DNA of 63,620 nucleotides, counting the filler, from Octopus bimaculoides (taxonomy: Eukaryota): the NCBI RefSeq assembly GCF_001194135.2. It is 5 parts of 5 records of this genome, joined end to end, with 100 filler letters (N's around TTAATTAATTAA, not from the genome) between each part and the next. Parts side by side here need not be neighbours in the genome. Positions count along the whole stretch, not along the records: positions 17,810 to 30,650 come from NC_068983.1; positions 30,751 to 44,261 come from NC_068997.1; 3 more parts are not named here. The stretch is one strand, 5' to 3'. Positions 22,805 through 35,197 of the stretch are shown piece by piece. The translations under genes were made by a program, and so were the position numbers. Below the pieces are notes generated by a model that made no database searches, was not told the DNA's origin, and worked only from the letters and a program-made list of their open reading frames with translations. Every line of letters begins with the position of its first letter. Position 1 is the first letter of the stretch.

Positions 22805-24289
22805 CATGATGTATATATGTATAAATGAAAACAGGAGTTTCTATATATATAAGAATATAGATACATACATACATACATACATATAAGTTTCTTTGACAAT
22901 TACATATCTAATTTACAGTATATTACACTCTTTACCTAGATTAATCGATTAGTGGGCTATGTTTCCAAGAGTAATAATTATATTTATGTTTGCTAGAAAA
23001 TCTGTTCATAAGCTACATTACGGAACACTAAAGCAATATCATTTCCCAGTTATTTCTCTTATGAAACGGTTGCTCGACCGTTTCTTTCCGCTATTTCATG
23101 ATAATATATTATGTCGGTATTGTTAGCGTAACAATACCGAAAACATGACAGATGTAAGAATCAGATAATACAGAAAACGTGTGCCAATACTCAAAGGTAG
23201 AATATAGAAAAAAGTTAACATCTTAGAAGCTATTCTGAAAGATGAGAAATATATCAATTTATTCTGGGAAGATTACAAATATTTCTGTAAGAAAATCACG
23301 AACCATAAAGATGTATTTTGCGTCTTCAGCTCTATAGGTATCTAGCTGAAAGAAAAAAATGGTTTTAAATAGTTAAATTATACAAGAAAACGTTTAGGAA
23401 CTTGATTATGATTTAATATATTTGGATTCAACTCACGAAAATAATTTGCAGAGCAAATATATACGTTCTATAAATATTATTATATTATCGAATATGTTTG
23501 TTGGGTTAAATACATTGTCCCTCAGAGAGATTTTGAACTCAATATCAGCAAGTTTTGAAATAACCATTTTTCAACAGCTCACTGCTGCTCCTGATTTCAA
23601 AATAACTCATTCGTTCATTTTTTTTCTCTGGTGCTGTATGGAGGAACACCGAAGTTCACTTCGAAATGAAGGTGTTCAGTTTGATTGTAGTGTAAGGTTT
23701 CTTGCATAAGAAATATTTTATATAGTTGGACTCATCCATAAATTGTGAGTGAAATTGGTGAGACAAAAATTATACACAAGCGTGTCGTTTGCATAGTACC
23801 AGTACTTCAAAAGCACAAATTTGTCCCTTTCTCACATATAATGTACTTGAGTAATATATCATGGGTACACTTGTCAGTGGAATACTCTGGCACCTACACA
23901 CTAATCTAATAAGTCAGGTAGTCCATTTGACCGAACAACGGAAAGCTCTTCGAATATTCTTCCCCATCAATGTAGAGGCCAAGTAACATTCAACAATACC
24001 GAATATCTTGTAAAACGAAATCATATTATTCTGAGGTGCACAAAACAACAGCTTACCAAACAAAAGAATATCCACTAACAATAAACCTATTTATACTCTA
24101 TGCAATGATCAGGCACTTCAAACCACGATGTTACTGGTTGTCGTACAATAGCACGTATAACTTACACAGCTCTGATCCGTTAATTCCATTTCACCACAAA
24201 GTATATAACAGACAATTTAGATTTTCACTACCTAATTCTAAAGCAAAAGGTATTTTTTTAACGTCATAAAGACAATATGTACAATCACT

Positions 24290-24298
24290 AGAGAGAGA

Positions 24299-24365
<67 letters not shown>
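24290..24365. repeat. (GA)n microsatellite
   Basis: Seen directly. Confidence 0.95.
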
Positions 24366-25189
24366 NNNNNNNNNNNNNNNNNNNNNNNNNNNNNNNNNNN
24401 NNATGCGGGGGGGGGCAAAAACAGAGACAAGTCGCCGGTTATCGAGAAAAATAACAGATCAAATATACAACACAGACCTTTTCTAAGAGAATAAAGATGT
24501 TATCGAATCTTCCTGCATTTTTTTTTTCATCGAACTCGACCTTACCGTCAAAGTCTTAACCTGTCTACAATATGTGGGTGAACAAAATACACCTCGATTT
24601 ACCTAATTGAATGTTGATGACAGCAAATATTCAATGGCATGCATTAGATCGTTAATGATCCAAAAGTAATAGACCTTAAACTGGAGAACATTGAAAAACA
24701 AAAAAAAAAACAAGAAAAAAACCCAATAAAATAGGTTATCAAAGAATATCTTTAATACAAACATTAAGGTTAATCGAAACAACGACAGTTTGTAAATCGA
24801 AAGAAAAAAGCATCGAATGTCTTTACCTCTGTCATTCCAATATTATAAACATGTTGCAGAGCCAGAACAGGAACGATGCAACAATGAAAAAGCATCAGAA
24901 GTGTTAGGAGGCCTTTGTAACAAATGGGAATATAGATGAAAATGCGAATCAAAAATCATTATTCTGAAGTATGTCTTGGGGATGACTTCGGTAAGAAGAT
25001 TAACTAAATGTCGGATATCTCTAAGACACTCCGTGTTCATGTATTCTGCTGAGTGATGTCGCCGATTCATGATCGGCAGATCCATCCACAACAACTGCAT
25101 GAATATGTCTGTGTTATACTTGGTTTCACTCTGACACATCTCTTCTACCGGGCTCTCGTTTACTCTCTATCGACATGAGGATTTGTATA

Positions 25190-25515
25190 AAATACGCTGG
25201 TAGCCTGTGAGATAATGAGGTGCAAAGCATTGAGGTAATCAGGGTGGTGGAAGTCAATGTTACAAATGTTCAGGGTATCTTTCAGAAGCTTATTGTATCG
25301 CTTCTAGGACGTACAGCGGTTTCGACAGTCAGAACATAACTATCTGTAGAGCACGATATGTGGCAATTAATGGTCCGCCATGCTGGAGACTTAACCTGCT
25401 CAACACTACTGTGTGATCATGCGAATACACTAGATACAGCTGGTCTTGACTTTATTGAGGACCTCTCTGTTGCTACTGCAGTCATTCTTGTGGATATTTA
25501 ATATGCAGTGCAAAA
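25190..25515 (-). mobile_element. Old RTE (BovB-like) LINE C-terminal fragment
   Basis: Minus strand reads NIHKNDCSSNREVLNK ... G*VSSMADH*LPHIVLYR*LCSDCRNRCTS*KRYNKLLKDTLNICNID, aligning to the RTE motif GHVxRMxDxRLPKxxLYGEL...KKRYKDxLK. Confidence 0.6.
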
Positions 25516-26261
25516 TGCTCATAGTTTAGACCTGACCCTGCATTATATAAAGGACACCCACAAGGAACTATATATTACAACGACTGTTGTGTGAATTGGT
25601 AAAAGTACTAACACAAGAGCAAGTACATCGCTAGAGTCTACAGAACGCCATCATAAATTGTTTGTAAGGAAAGACGATACATAGGCAAATGCTAAAGAAA
25701 CCCAAGCGATTGAAGGTAAATAAGTACAATTCGCAACAGTCGTCGAGAGCCCGAGGTCTAATGACTGCGATAGAAGCAATCTGGATTGCAGGACATGAGC
25801 AAAGATAACCTTACCCTTGAAACGACCAAAGACTATGAAACGGATTACTGTAAATACAAAGTACGTGGAGATGGGAAAAAGAGAAACTATATTTTACGTA
25901 TCTGCGTACTCTTAGCTAAGAAAAAATAATCAAAATACAGAATTGGTAATTAAACACATAGAATGCGATGCCTACATTACGAAATATAAATGGAAATGAC
26001 TCTCCTAAAACACGAAGTGAATTCAAGAATGACCGAAGTAGCATAGATGGAAACTCTAATTAAAAATTATCATTCTGAAATATGTCTAGGTTAGTATTCA
26101 CAAAAATCGGTGCTAGTCCATGACATTACCCAGTCTTGACGGGTGTTTTTTCAACATTGCTTTTCCTCCATGAAGGAGGAAATACTATTTTGACATCAGC
26201 GGAATTTGAACTCAGAAGGCAAATAGACGGAATCACATCACCTTTCACTCTGACTACTAGT

Positions 26262-26283
26262 ACTGCTACTGCTGCTGCTGCTG

Positions 26284-26326
<43 letters not shown>

Positions 26327-26327
26327 C

Positions 26328-26366
<39 letters not shown>

Positions 26367-26391
26367 AATAATGATGATGATGATAATAATA
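26262..26391. repeat. Compound trinucleotide array (ACT)(GCT)n(ACT)n(AAT)n(GAT)n
   Basis: Seen directly. Confidence 0.95.
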
Positions 26392-27832
26392 NNNNNNNNN
26401 NGCAAAGATGAAAATGTTTCTAGCTATTCAAAACTGCATACCATTTTGAGAACTGAACATCCATCTATGGTGTATTTATATTTTTAGCTATCCTGCATTG
26501 CTCACGATTATCCGCAGACATACGCCATAATTGTGATAATCATTTAATAGTTTATATTATATTATATAGCAAAACATGTTATTTTATATTACTACTTTAA
26601 TGTAAATTTGATATATATATAATTTACATGAATACTCTCAAAATTTTCTGTGGAAATAGAGCATGATTGTCATAATTATTTATATGGTATTAAAATTGTT
26701 TCTATTAGATTGAAACAGAAGTTAATTTCGATCTTGATGTAATACACAGCCTCTTGTTAATATAACACATGTATATACTAGAAAATAGAAAACCATGTAT
26801 TTAGGAGGAAATTAATCACTTCACAGCAATACTTTAATTTCAATGATTTAAAAACATAAAATCTCAACACAGGAAATTACATGTTTATGTTACAACAGTG
26901 TTCATTTTCTATTTAATATATATTATCAAGCACAACAAAACAGCACTTTTGATATCTTGATGCTATACTAATCTGAAAACAAGACACGTATTAAAACATA
27001 ATAATTCGCATGTAATTACACAAAGGCCAATATGCTTTCAGCTAAACATTATTATTAAAAAAATCATGATCTGATTCGAAATTAATTTTGCTAAATATAT
27101 AACACGTAGAATGGGGGAAAATAGACATAACAGAATAACGATTACATCATTATTTCAGTCTTGAAGATATTTTCCCCGTAATATTCTAATTAAATGTTGA
27201 TAATAATATTTGTTGAATAAGCACTGCTATAATGGATAGTATGTTAATATAAATAGAAAGTAATTGTAATGTAGTTAATTGAGGATCGTTATGGAAAATC
27301 ATCTGTGATTGAAATGCTTCAGATTATTAAACCTCTGATCATCGAAGTGGTATGTGCGATGCTCATAAAGGGTATATCTGATGTACGCATTCTCGTTGTA
27401 TTTAATTTCTCTATTTATACATATACCTAGTGTGCTCATAGACTAACAGTTAGAGTGTGGCACTCACAATCGCGACAGCGTGCTTTCAATTCCTGAACCG
27501 GGTGGTGCACTGAGTTCTTGAGCAAAGCACTTTATTATAGATAGCTCATTGCTTCCTTCGACAACTAACGCATGGTAGCTCGTACATCGGTTCAGGCAAC
27601 ATAGAGTTGAAGGTGGATGTGAGGTGATGTGCATCACATACATTTGATCATTATAAACAAATCATTTGTGCAGATTATATTCATCAAAACATTTCGGCTT
27701 ACGAGAGATTATCGCCATCACCATCATACAAACATAGACGCTCACACACCACGCGTGCACACATTTACACACAAACATACACACGCACAACCACACCCAC
27801 CCACACATATATACATGTGTGTATGCATAGAC

Positions 27833-27863
<31 letters not shown>

Positions 27864-27898
27864 TGCATATATAATTTATATAAGGGCATTACTATATA

Positions 27899-28066
27899 GG
27901 TAGTTTTGACTTATTTAGTCCCTCTAAGCGTGAGGCATTACTATATAGTAATGGCCTTATATAAATTATATATATTTATGGAAAAAAACGATGTTTTTTT
28001 TTTCCTTATGGGTTTTTTTCACGCTGACTACTTGATAAATTCTTATAAAAATTTTATCCTATATTA
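27899..28066 (+). repeat. Dispersed AT-rich repeat, second copy at 31788-31950
   Basis: Shared GGTAGTTTTGACTT...AGTCCCT...GAGGCATT...GCTGACTACT...ATAAATTCTTATAAA. Confidence 0.7.
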
Positions 28067-29108
28067 TATTATAAATAATTAGAATATATTCAGTGCTGAA
28101 TATTATTCTGTAAAAGCACGTGTTACCGAGATGCAACTGGATAAAGCCAGCCTCTTTCACGGATATATAAGGATGAACAGAAGTCATCGTACTTTGTTGG
28201 GTACGTCGGGGTATGTTGATTTTTGTTTATTTTTTATGTGTCTCGACCATACGTGCACTGATGAATAAAATNNNNNNNNNNNNNNNNNNNNNNNNNNNNN
28301 NNNNNNNNNNNNNNNNNNNNNNNNNNNNNNNNNNNNNNNNNNNNNNNNNNNNNNNNNNNNNNNNNNNNNNNNNNNNNNNNNNNNNNNNNNNNNNNNNNNN
28401 NNNNNNNNNNNNNNNNNNNNNNNNNNNNNNNNNNNNNNNNNNNNNNNNNNNNNNNNNNNNNNNNNNNNNNNNNNNNNNNNNNNNNNNNNNNNNNNNNNNN
28501 NNNNNNNNNNNNNNNNNNNNNNNNNNNNNNNNNNNNNNNNNNNNNNNNNNNNNNNNNNNNNNNNNNNNNNNNNNNNNNNNNNNNNNNNNNNNNNNNNNNN
28601 NNNNNNNNNNNNNNNNNNNNNNNNNNNNNNNNNNNNNNNNNNNNNNNNNNNNNNNNNNNNNNNNNNNNNNNNNNNNNNNNNNNNNNNNNNNNNNNNNNNN
28701 NNNNNNNNNNNNNNNNNNNNNNNNNNNNNNNNNNNNNNNNNNNNNNNNNNNNNNNNNNNNNNNNNNNNNNNNNNNNNNNNNNNNNNNNNNNNNNNNNNNN
28801 NNNNNNNNNNNNNNNNNNNNNNNNNNNNNNNNNNNNNNNNNNNNNNNNNNNNNNNNNNNNNNNNNNNNNNNNNNNNNNNNNNNNNNNNNNNNNNNNNNNN
28901 NNNNNNNNNNNNNNNNNNNNNNNNNNNNNNNNNNNNNNNNNNNNNNNNNNNNNNNNNNNNNNNNNNNNNNNNNNNNNNNNNNNNNNNNNNNNNNNNNNNN
29001 NNNNNNNNNNNNNNNNNNNNNNNNNNNNNNNNNNNNNNNNNNNNNNNNNNNNNNNNNNNNNNNNNNNNNNNNNNNNNNNNNNNNNNNNNNNNNNNNNNNN
29101 NNNNNNNN

Positions 29109-29480
29109 ATAGTTGAAATTTACAGAAGAGCAAAAGACGAAGACAGGTGTATAAACAACAAGCAGGTGTTTTAGTTTGACGCTTGGAAAGGTGAGAAAGT
29201 TTTTTACGTTTCGAGCCTTCGCTCTTCAAGTTAAGGGAACATGCGGAGAGAGAATAAAAGAAAAAATCTGGTGGAGTTAGCGGTCAGCCATGATGACTGG
29301 TTGGACAAAGGTAGTGAGACAGGGGAACGAGGATGAAGGGGAGGTAATAAAGTACTTTTGATCCTAAAACGAGGGTGTGTGTGCTTGTGTATTTGAAAGT
29401 GTGTGTGAGTGTGTGGTTGATGATGTTGGTGCTGTGAAGTGGTCACCGCTAGTGTGGGGGCGGAGTGGTGTATTGTGGTG
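29109..29480 (-). mobile_element. Penelope-like pseudo-LTR / 3'UTR remnant carrying a hammerhead-like core
   Basis: Minus strand contains TTGAAGA-GCGAAGGCTC-GAAA-CGTA followed by a pyrimidine-rich terminal segment. Confidence 0.55.
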
Positions 29481-29508
29481 TGTGTACATATATAAATAAA
29501 TGTATACA

Positions 29509-29549
<41 letters not shown>

Positions 29550-29559
29550 NNNNNNNNNN

Positions 29560-29591
<32 letters not shown>

Positions 29592-29660
29592 AATATATAT
29601 ATATGTATTATGTATATATAATGATAATGTAAATAATATATAAATATATGCATATATACA

Positions 29661-30195
29661 TACATATATGTACATAACTACATATACATGTATATATGGG
29701 TACAGGACATAAAAATAAAGGACAATGTTAGAAACGAGAACATAAAAAACAAAAGCATAGAAACGAACGCTTTATCGAACAACGAAAGAAACAAACAGAG
29801 AAACGATATTTGGCTTAACAGCCCACACTGCTTGTTTTTACTTTTCTTGTTCTCATTGTCCTGTTTTTGTTACCACTTTCACTCTCCGCAAAAAATCCCA
29901 AATTTTATTTAATTTGCTTTGCGAGAAGGACTGTTTTAACGAAGTCGCATCTTGTTCATACCTTCGGAACTCGGAGTAGATAAAAAAAGGGACAACTGAT
30001 GAATGGAGTGTTCTTTATCTTGCCTGTCTCATTTCTCTGTTTGTTTGTTTCTTTCGTTGTGAGAAAAATGTTCGTTTTCTATGTTTTTGTTTTTTATGTT
30101 CTCGTTTCTAATTTTGCCAACGTCTTGTTTATGTCCATACCCATATATGCATGTATATATACATATATATATGTAGGCATGTACATATATGTATG
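29661..30195. mobile_element. Foldback/MITE-like element with about 150-bp imperfect terminal inverted repeats
   Basis: 29661-29806 is the reverse complement of 30029-30195 (e.g. TTAGAAACGAGAACATAAAAAACAAAA / TTTTGTTTTTTATGTTCTCGTTTCTAA). Confidence 0.8.
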
Positions 30196-30330
30196 TATGT
30201 TTGCGTATATTTGTATATTATTTATAATATTATATTATCGAACGGCACGCATCCATTTCTAAGTAAGGTTTAACTATCTATATATCTATGTATGTATGTA
30301 TGTATGTATGTATGTATGTATGTATGTATG

Positions 30331-30362
<32 letters not shown>

Positions 30363-30618
30363 GTTCTCTCTCTCTCTCTATATATATATATACATATACC
30401 CTCTTGTATATGTACAATATACAATATAGTAACAATTATATTATAAATAACAATGATGACTATGTTGATGACGATGGTCATGATGATGATAACGATAATG
30501 ATGATGATGAGGAGGAGGATGATGATGATGATGATGATTATCATAATGATATAATTATGATACCAATGATACTACCAATAACAATGAAAAGATCTTAACC
30601 CAAAGAATGATACCCAAT

Positions 30619-30650
<32 letters not shown>

Positions 30651-30758
30651 NNNNNNNNNNNNNNNNNNNNNNNNNNNNNNNNNNNNNNNNNNNNTTAATT
30701 AATTAANNNNNNNNNNNNNNNNNNNNNNNNNNNNNNNNNNNNNNNNNNNNTAATAAGT

Positions 30759-31292
30759 CTATTTTGTGGTGTAGAACCTTGGCTGCTCTTTCTAGCGGGT
30801 TAGATGTCCTTTTATGGGCATCTCTAATGTGTATTAAATGTACACTGTATTTTACATGAATAATATATTGTCTGTTGACTAATTTTCTTCTCACTACACC
30901 ACTGGTAGTAATTAAATTTCTTAATTTTTTGCTACCCTTAGACTTATTAATTATAAAATGTTTTTGGCCAATTTCTGAAAAATCGGCATTTTTATTGTAT
31001 TTGCTGCCGATTAGGTATCCCGCACATGCGCGGTAAATTTTGAAAAATTAGACATATATGCACAAGTCATGTTCCCTATAGAGTGCTTCGTGCATATATT
31101 GTCGATCTAGGTTATTTCGCTGATGATAGTTGGTCTGGCAGAGTAAATAGTTTATTTTGCTAAAATAACTTGAAACCTGGTTTGAAATAGAGATGGTAAA
31201 TGTTTTTATTTTTCATTCCTTTTCGAAATTATCCCTATTTTGTGGTGTAGAGCCTTGGCTGCTCTTTCTAGCGGGTTAGATGTCCTTTTATG
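30759..31292 (+). repeat. 58-bp direct repeat (30759-30816 and 31235-31292), probably part of a tandem unit of about 476 bp cut by gaps
   Basis: CTATTTTGTGGTGTAGA(A/G)CCTTGGCTGCTCTTTCTAGCGGGTTAGATGTCCTTTTATG, one mismatch. Confidence 0.8.
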
Positions 31293-32317
31293 NNNNNNNN
31301 NNNNNNNNNNNNNNNNNNNNNNNNNNNNNNNNNNNNNNNNNNNNNNNNNNNNNNNNNNNNNNNNNNNNNNNNNNNNNNNNNNNNNNNNNNNNNNNNNNNN
31401 NNNNNNNNNNNNNNNNNNNNNNNNNNNNNNNNNNNNNNNNNNNNNNNNNNNNNNNNNNNNNNNNNNNNNNNNNNNNNNNNNNNNNNNNNNNNNNNNNNNN
31501 NNNNNNNNNNNNNNNNNNNNNNNNNNNNNNNNNNNNNNNNNNNNNNNNNNNNNNNNNNNNNNNNNNNNNNNNNNNNNNNNNNNNNNNNNNNNNNNNNNNN
31601 NNNNNNNNNNNNNNNNNNNNNNNNNNNNNNNNNNNNNNNNNNNNNNNNNNNNNNNNNNNNNNNNNNNNNNNNNNNNNNNNNNNNNNNNNNNNNNNNNNNN
31701 NNNNNNNNNNNNNNNNNNNNTATTGTTTTTAAGGAGCTCGCTTCAAGAGCTGCATTTTCCTCGCGTTCGGTACACTGTATTTATTATGGTAGTTTTGACT
31801 TTAAGAGTCCCTAGTATCATGAGGCATTTATGTATCGTAATGCCCTTAATATAAATAAATATATTTAAAGGGAATAATTAAAAAATTTTCCCTTATGAGG
31901 TTTTTCATGCTGACTACTCAATAAATTCTTATAAAGATTTTATCATATATATACTTTTAAATTAGCATAAGTTTTTTTCTTTAATGTGGACATTAAGGAA
32001 AAAATCTTGTTCCTCTAATTTATGTATTGGTTGGAGGTTCTCGAGTGTTTTAATATATCTTGTTGGAATTTAAAAGTAAACCACCGGACACTTTGTAAAC
32101 CATTAGCATCTGGTTTACATCGAATTACTGTAACGTAGGTTATATCCCTTGTGTTTATGTAAAATCTCGTGCATTTTCGACCATGAGGAATCTAGTGGTG
32201 CGACTCCCAGATTGCTATCTTTTAAGGTGTGGATTTCTATAGATGCAACACACACACACTTGCAAACTCAGCTTTACAATATGTACTGATACTGATGATA
32301 CTGATACTGATATACAT

Positions 32318-32640
32318 GTGAAAGCATGTGGCTTAGTGGTTAGGGTATTCGGCTCATGATCGTAATGTCATGAGTTCAATTCCTGGCGACGCATTGTATC
32401 CTTGAGCAAGACACTTTATTTCACATTGTTCCAGTCCACTCAGCTGGCAAAAATGAGTAGTACCTTTATTTCAAAGAGCCAGCCTTGTCACACTCTGTGT
32501 CACGCTGAATCTCTCTGAGAACTACATTAAGTGTACACATGTCTGTGGAGTGCTCAACCACTTGCACGTTAATTTAACAAGCAAGTTGTCCTGTTGATCA
32601 TATCAACTGGCACCCTCATCATCATGACCAACAGAGTAAT
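32318..32640 (+). mobile_element. tRNA-derived SINE
   Basis: GTGGCTTAGTGGTTAGG (A box), GAGTTCAATTCC (B box) and CCTTGAGCAAGACACTT core. Confidence 0.8.
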
Positions 32641-32939
32641 CCTTTTTAAAATACATACATACAATAGGGTAAAAAATTGGATATTAATTAATATCAATTT
32701 AATACCAGGGAACAAGCACATTAAAAGAATCAGGGAGATTCAGAAAAAATATCTGAGATCTCAAAAGATTATTGTATATGTATATATAAAAATATATATA
32801 AAGGAGGCCACTAGGTGGACTACTAATGTGCTAGAAGATCACATGTCATGTCCACCTAGTAGCCTCCTTTATATATATACACACACACACACACATATAT
32901 ATATAACAATCCTACCTCAAATGAACATTGCTCAAGATC

Positions 32940-34820
32940 AAAAATGAACTCAAATGCTCCCATGAAAAGCAGAGGACAAAAGGAAGCCAGGGCTGTCAAA
33001 AATATTAAGACAAACCCTAAAGTCTTCTATAGATATGCAAAAGAATCTGCTTCAGTACAGTACAAAATAGGGCCACTACTTGAAGAAAATGCCTCACCGA
33101 CTGCAGACTCCCAAAGGATCTGTGAAATACTGAATGTGCAATACAAGAGTGCTTTCACCACTCCACTGGGACACTTGCAAGTAGCTGTGCCTGATGAGCT
33201 CTTTGGCTCCACAGAACTACACAACAAAATGGCAATTATTGACAGCATCAACATAGAGGAAACTGATGTGATATCAGCCACTAATGTGTTGAGCTCAAAT
33301 TCAGCAAGAGGCCCTGATGGATTCCCAAGGGGCTCTAGCAAGACCACTTCAGATTTTCTTCCAGAGCTTCCTGACAAGAGGGAGACTTCTCAAAAAGTTA
33401 AAGGAAGGCATTATATGCCCTATCCATAATGGAGGTAGCAGAGTAGATGCTAAGAATTTTAAACCTGTCTCTCTAACATCCTATGTCAGCAAAGTCATGG
33501 AGTGCATTGTCAGAAAGAAACTAATTGCGTTCCTTGAAGATAATGACTTGCTTCCTGATACCCAGCATGTCTTTCACTCAGGCACAAGCTGCCTTACACA
33601 GCTTTTGCAACACTATGACTGGGTGCTGAAACAATCAGTGAATCACTCAAATGTTGATGTGCTATATATTGACTTTGCAAAGACCTTTGATAAAGTTGAT
33701 CATGGGTGCTATGTCACAAACAGTGGAGACTTGGCATAACTGAGAAAATCGAAGAGTGGTTGCATGGCACCTTAAAAGACAGAAGCCAGGCTGTAGCAGC
33801 CATTGGAGCCCTCTCCACAGAGACCTTAATAGGGAACTACATTGGGGCTACTGCTGTTCATGGTGGCTCTTTCAGACAGGCCATCAGTTACACAGATAGC
33901 CATACTTACTAGCTATGCTGATGACACAAAAGTAGTTCAAGCAGTCAAGGAACCTTTTGATGCTAATCTTTTACAGAAAGACCTAGATGCCATATATAAA
34001 TCAGCTGAGGACAACAACATGCAATTTAATGTAGGCAAATTCCAAGCCCTCCACTACCAGCTAATTGGTGCTCAGAAGTCACAACAACGATACTTTGGAC
34101 TAAATTGAGCGGCAATCCTAGAATCACATACAGTGCGTGATCTTGGGATTGATATGAGCAACGATGCCACATGCAGGTCACCAAGATGGTGGCAGTGTAC
34201 AGGCGAATGGCTGGACAGATTCTGAGAACCTTCAGAACAAGGGATGAGGAAACTATGCTGGTCCTATGGAGAACATTTGTCTTCAGCTGTCTGGACTACT
34301 GTTCTCAACAGTGGTCACCTTACACTGTAGGATTAATAGTTGAACTTGAGGCGGTTCAGCAATAGCACATGAGGAAGATCGCATCAGCGGAACAGCTGAG
34401 CTACTAGGAGAGACTGGAGGAGCTGGCACCAAACTTTGGAATTGAGAGTTATACCAGATTTCAAATTGGATGTCACTGCGCTGTTCCAAAAGTCCCACCT
34501 ATCTCATCTAAGGCAAGGACCATGTACTGCAATAGCTTTAGATTCAAGGGTCCACAACTATTTAACTCCTTGCAAAAGCATCAGAAAGATCTTCATGGAG
34601 TGGGACTAGATGTTTTCAAGAAACAACTTGAGTGCTTGCTCTCCAAGACCCCAGATGAACCAATATCAAGACAGGAAACTCAAAAGAGGGCAACAGTATT
34701 GAAATCCCTCATTCACCAAAAGCCAATCCCATAGAATTGGCCAATTAAAAGGTGATTACACTGGTGGTGCCCCAGCATGGCCACAACTTCAAGGCTGAAA
34801 CATATTAAAGAATAAAAGAA
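32940..34820 (+). mobile_element. 5'-truncated CR1-group LINE (decayed RT ORF plus 3' tail)
   Basis: NPKVFYRY, GPDG, FKPVSLTS, LYIDFAKTFDKVDH, SYADDTK and LDYCSQQWSP motifs; the tail ends AAAGAATAAAAGAA. Confidence 0.9.
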
Positions 34821-34852
34821 TATATATATGTATGTATATGTATTATATATAT

Positions 34853-35150
34853 TTTATTCTTTTATATATTTCAGTCATTTGACTGCAGCCATGCTGGAGT
34901 ACCACCTTTAGTTGAACAATTTGACCTCTAGGACTTATTCTTTGTAAGCCTAGTGCTTATTCTATTGGTCTCTTTTGCCAAACCACTAAGTTACAGGGAC
35001 GTAAACTCACCAACTTTGGTTGTCAAGCAATGGTGGGGGGACAAACACAGACACACAAGCATCATCATCATCATCATCATAAATACAATGTGCTTCTTTT
35101 AGTTTTCATGTACCAAACAACCAAATCTGCTCACAAGGCTTTAGTCATCT
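34853..35150 (-). mobile_element. CORE-type SINE (3' part), tail-to-tail with the CR1
   Basis: Same family tail and body as 47641-48056. Confidence 0.8.
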
Positions 35151-35159
35151 ATAAATATG

Positions 35160-35197
<38 letters not shown>

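Noticed and set aside
24843-25139. 98-aa minus-strand ORF next to the BovB-like fragment
   Set aside because: An in-frame stop lies just upstream and there is no family resemblance.
28258-28271. CTGATGA immediately before an 837-N gap
   Set aside because: The rest of any motif lies in the gap and cannot be evaluated.
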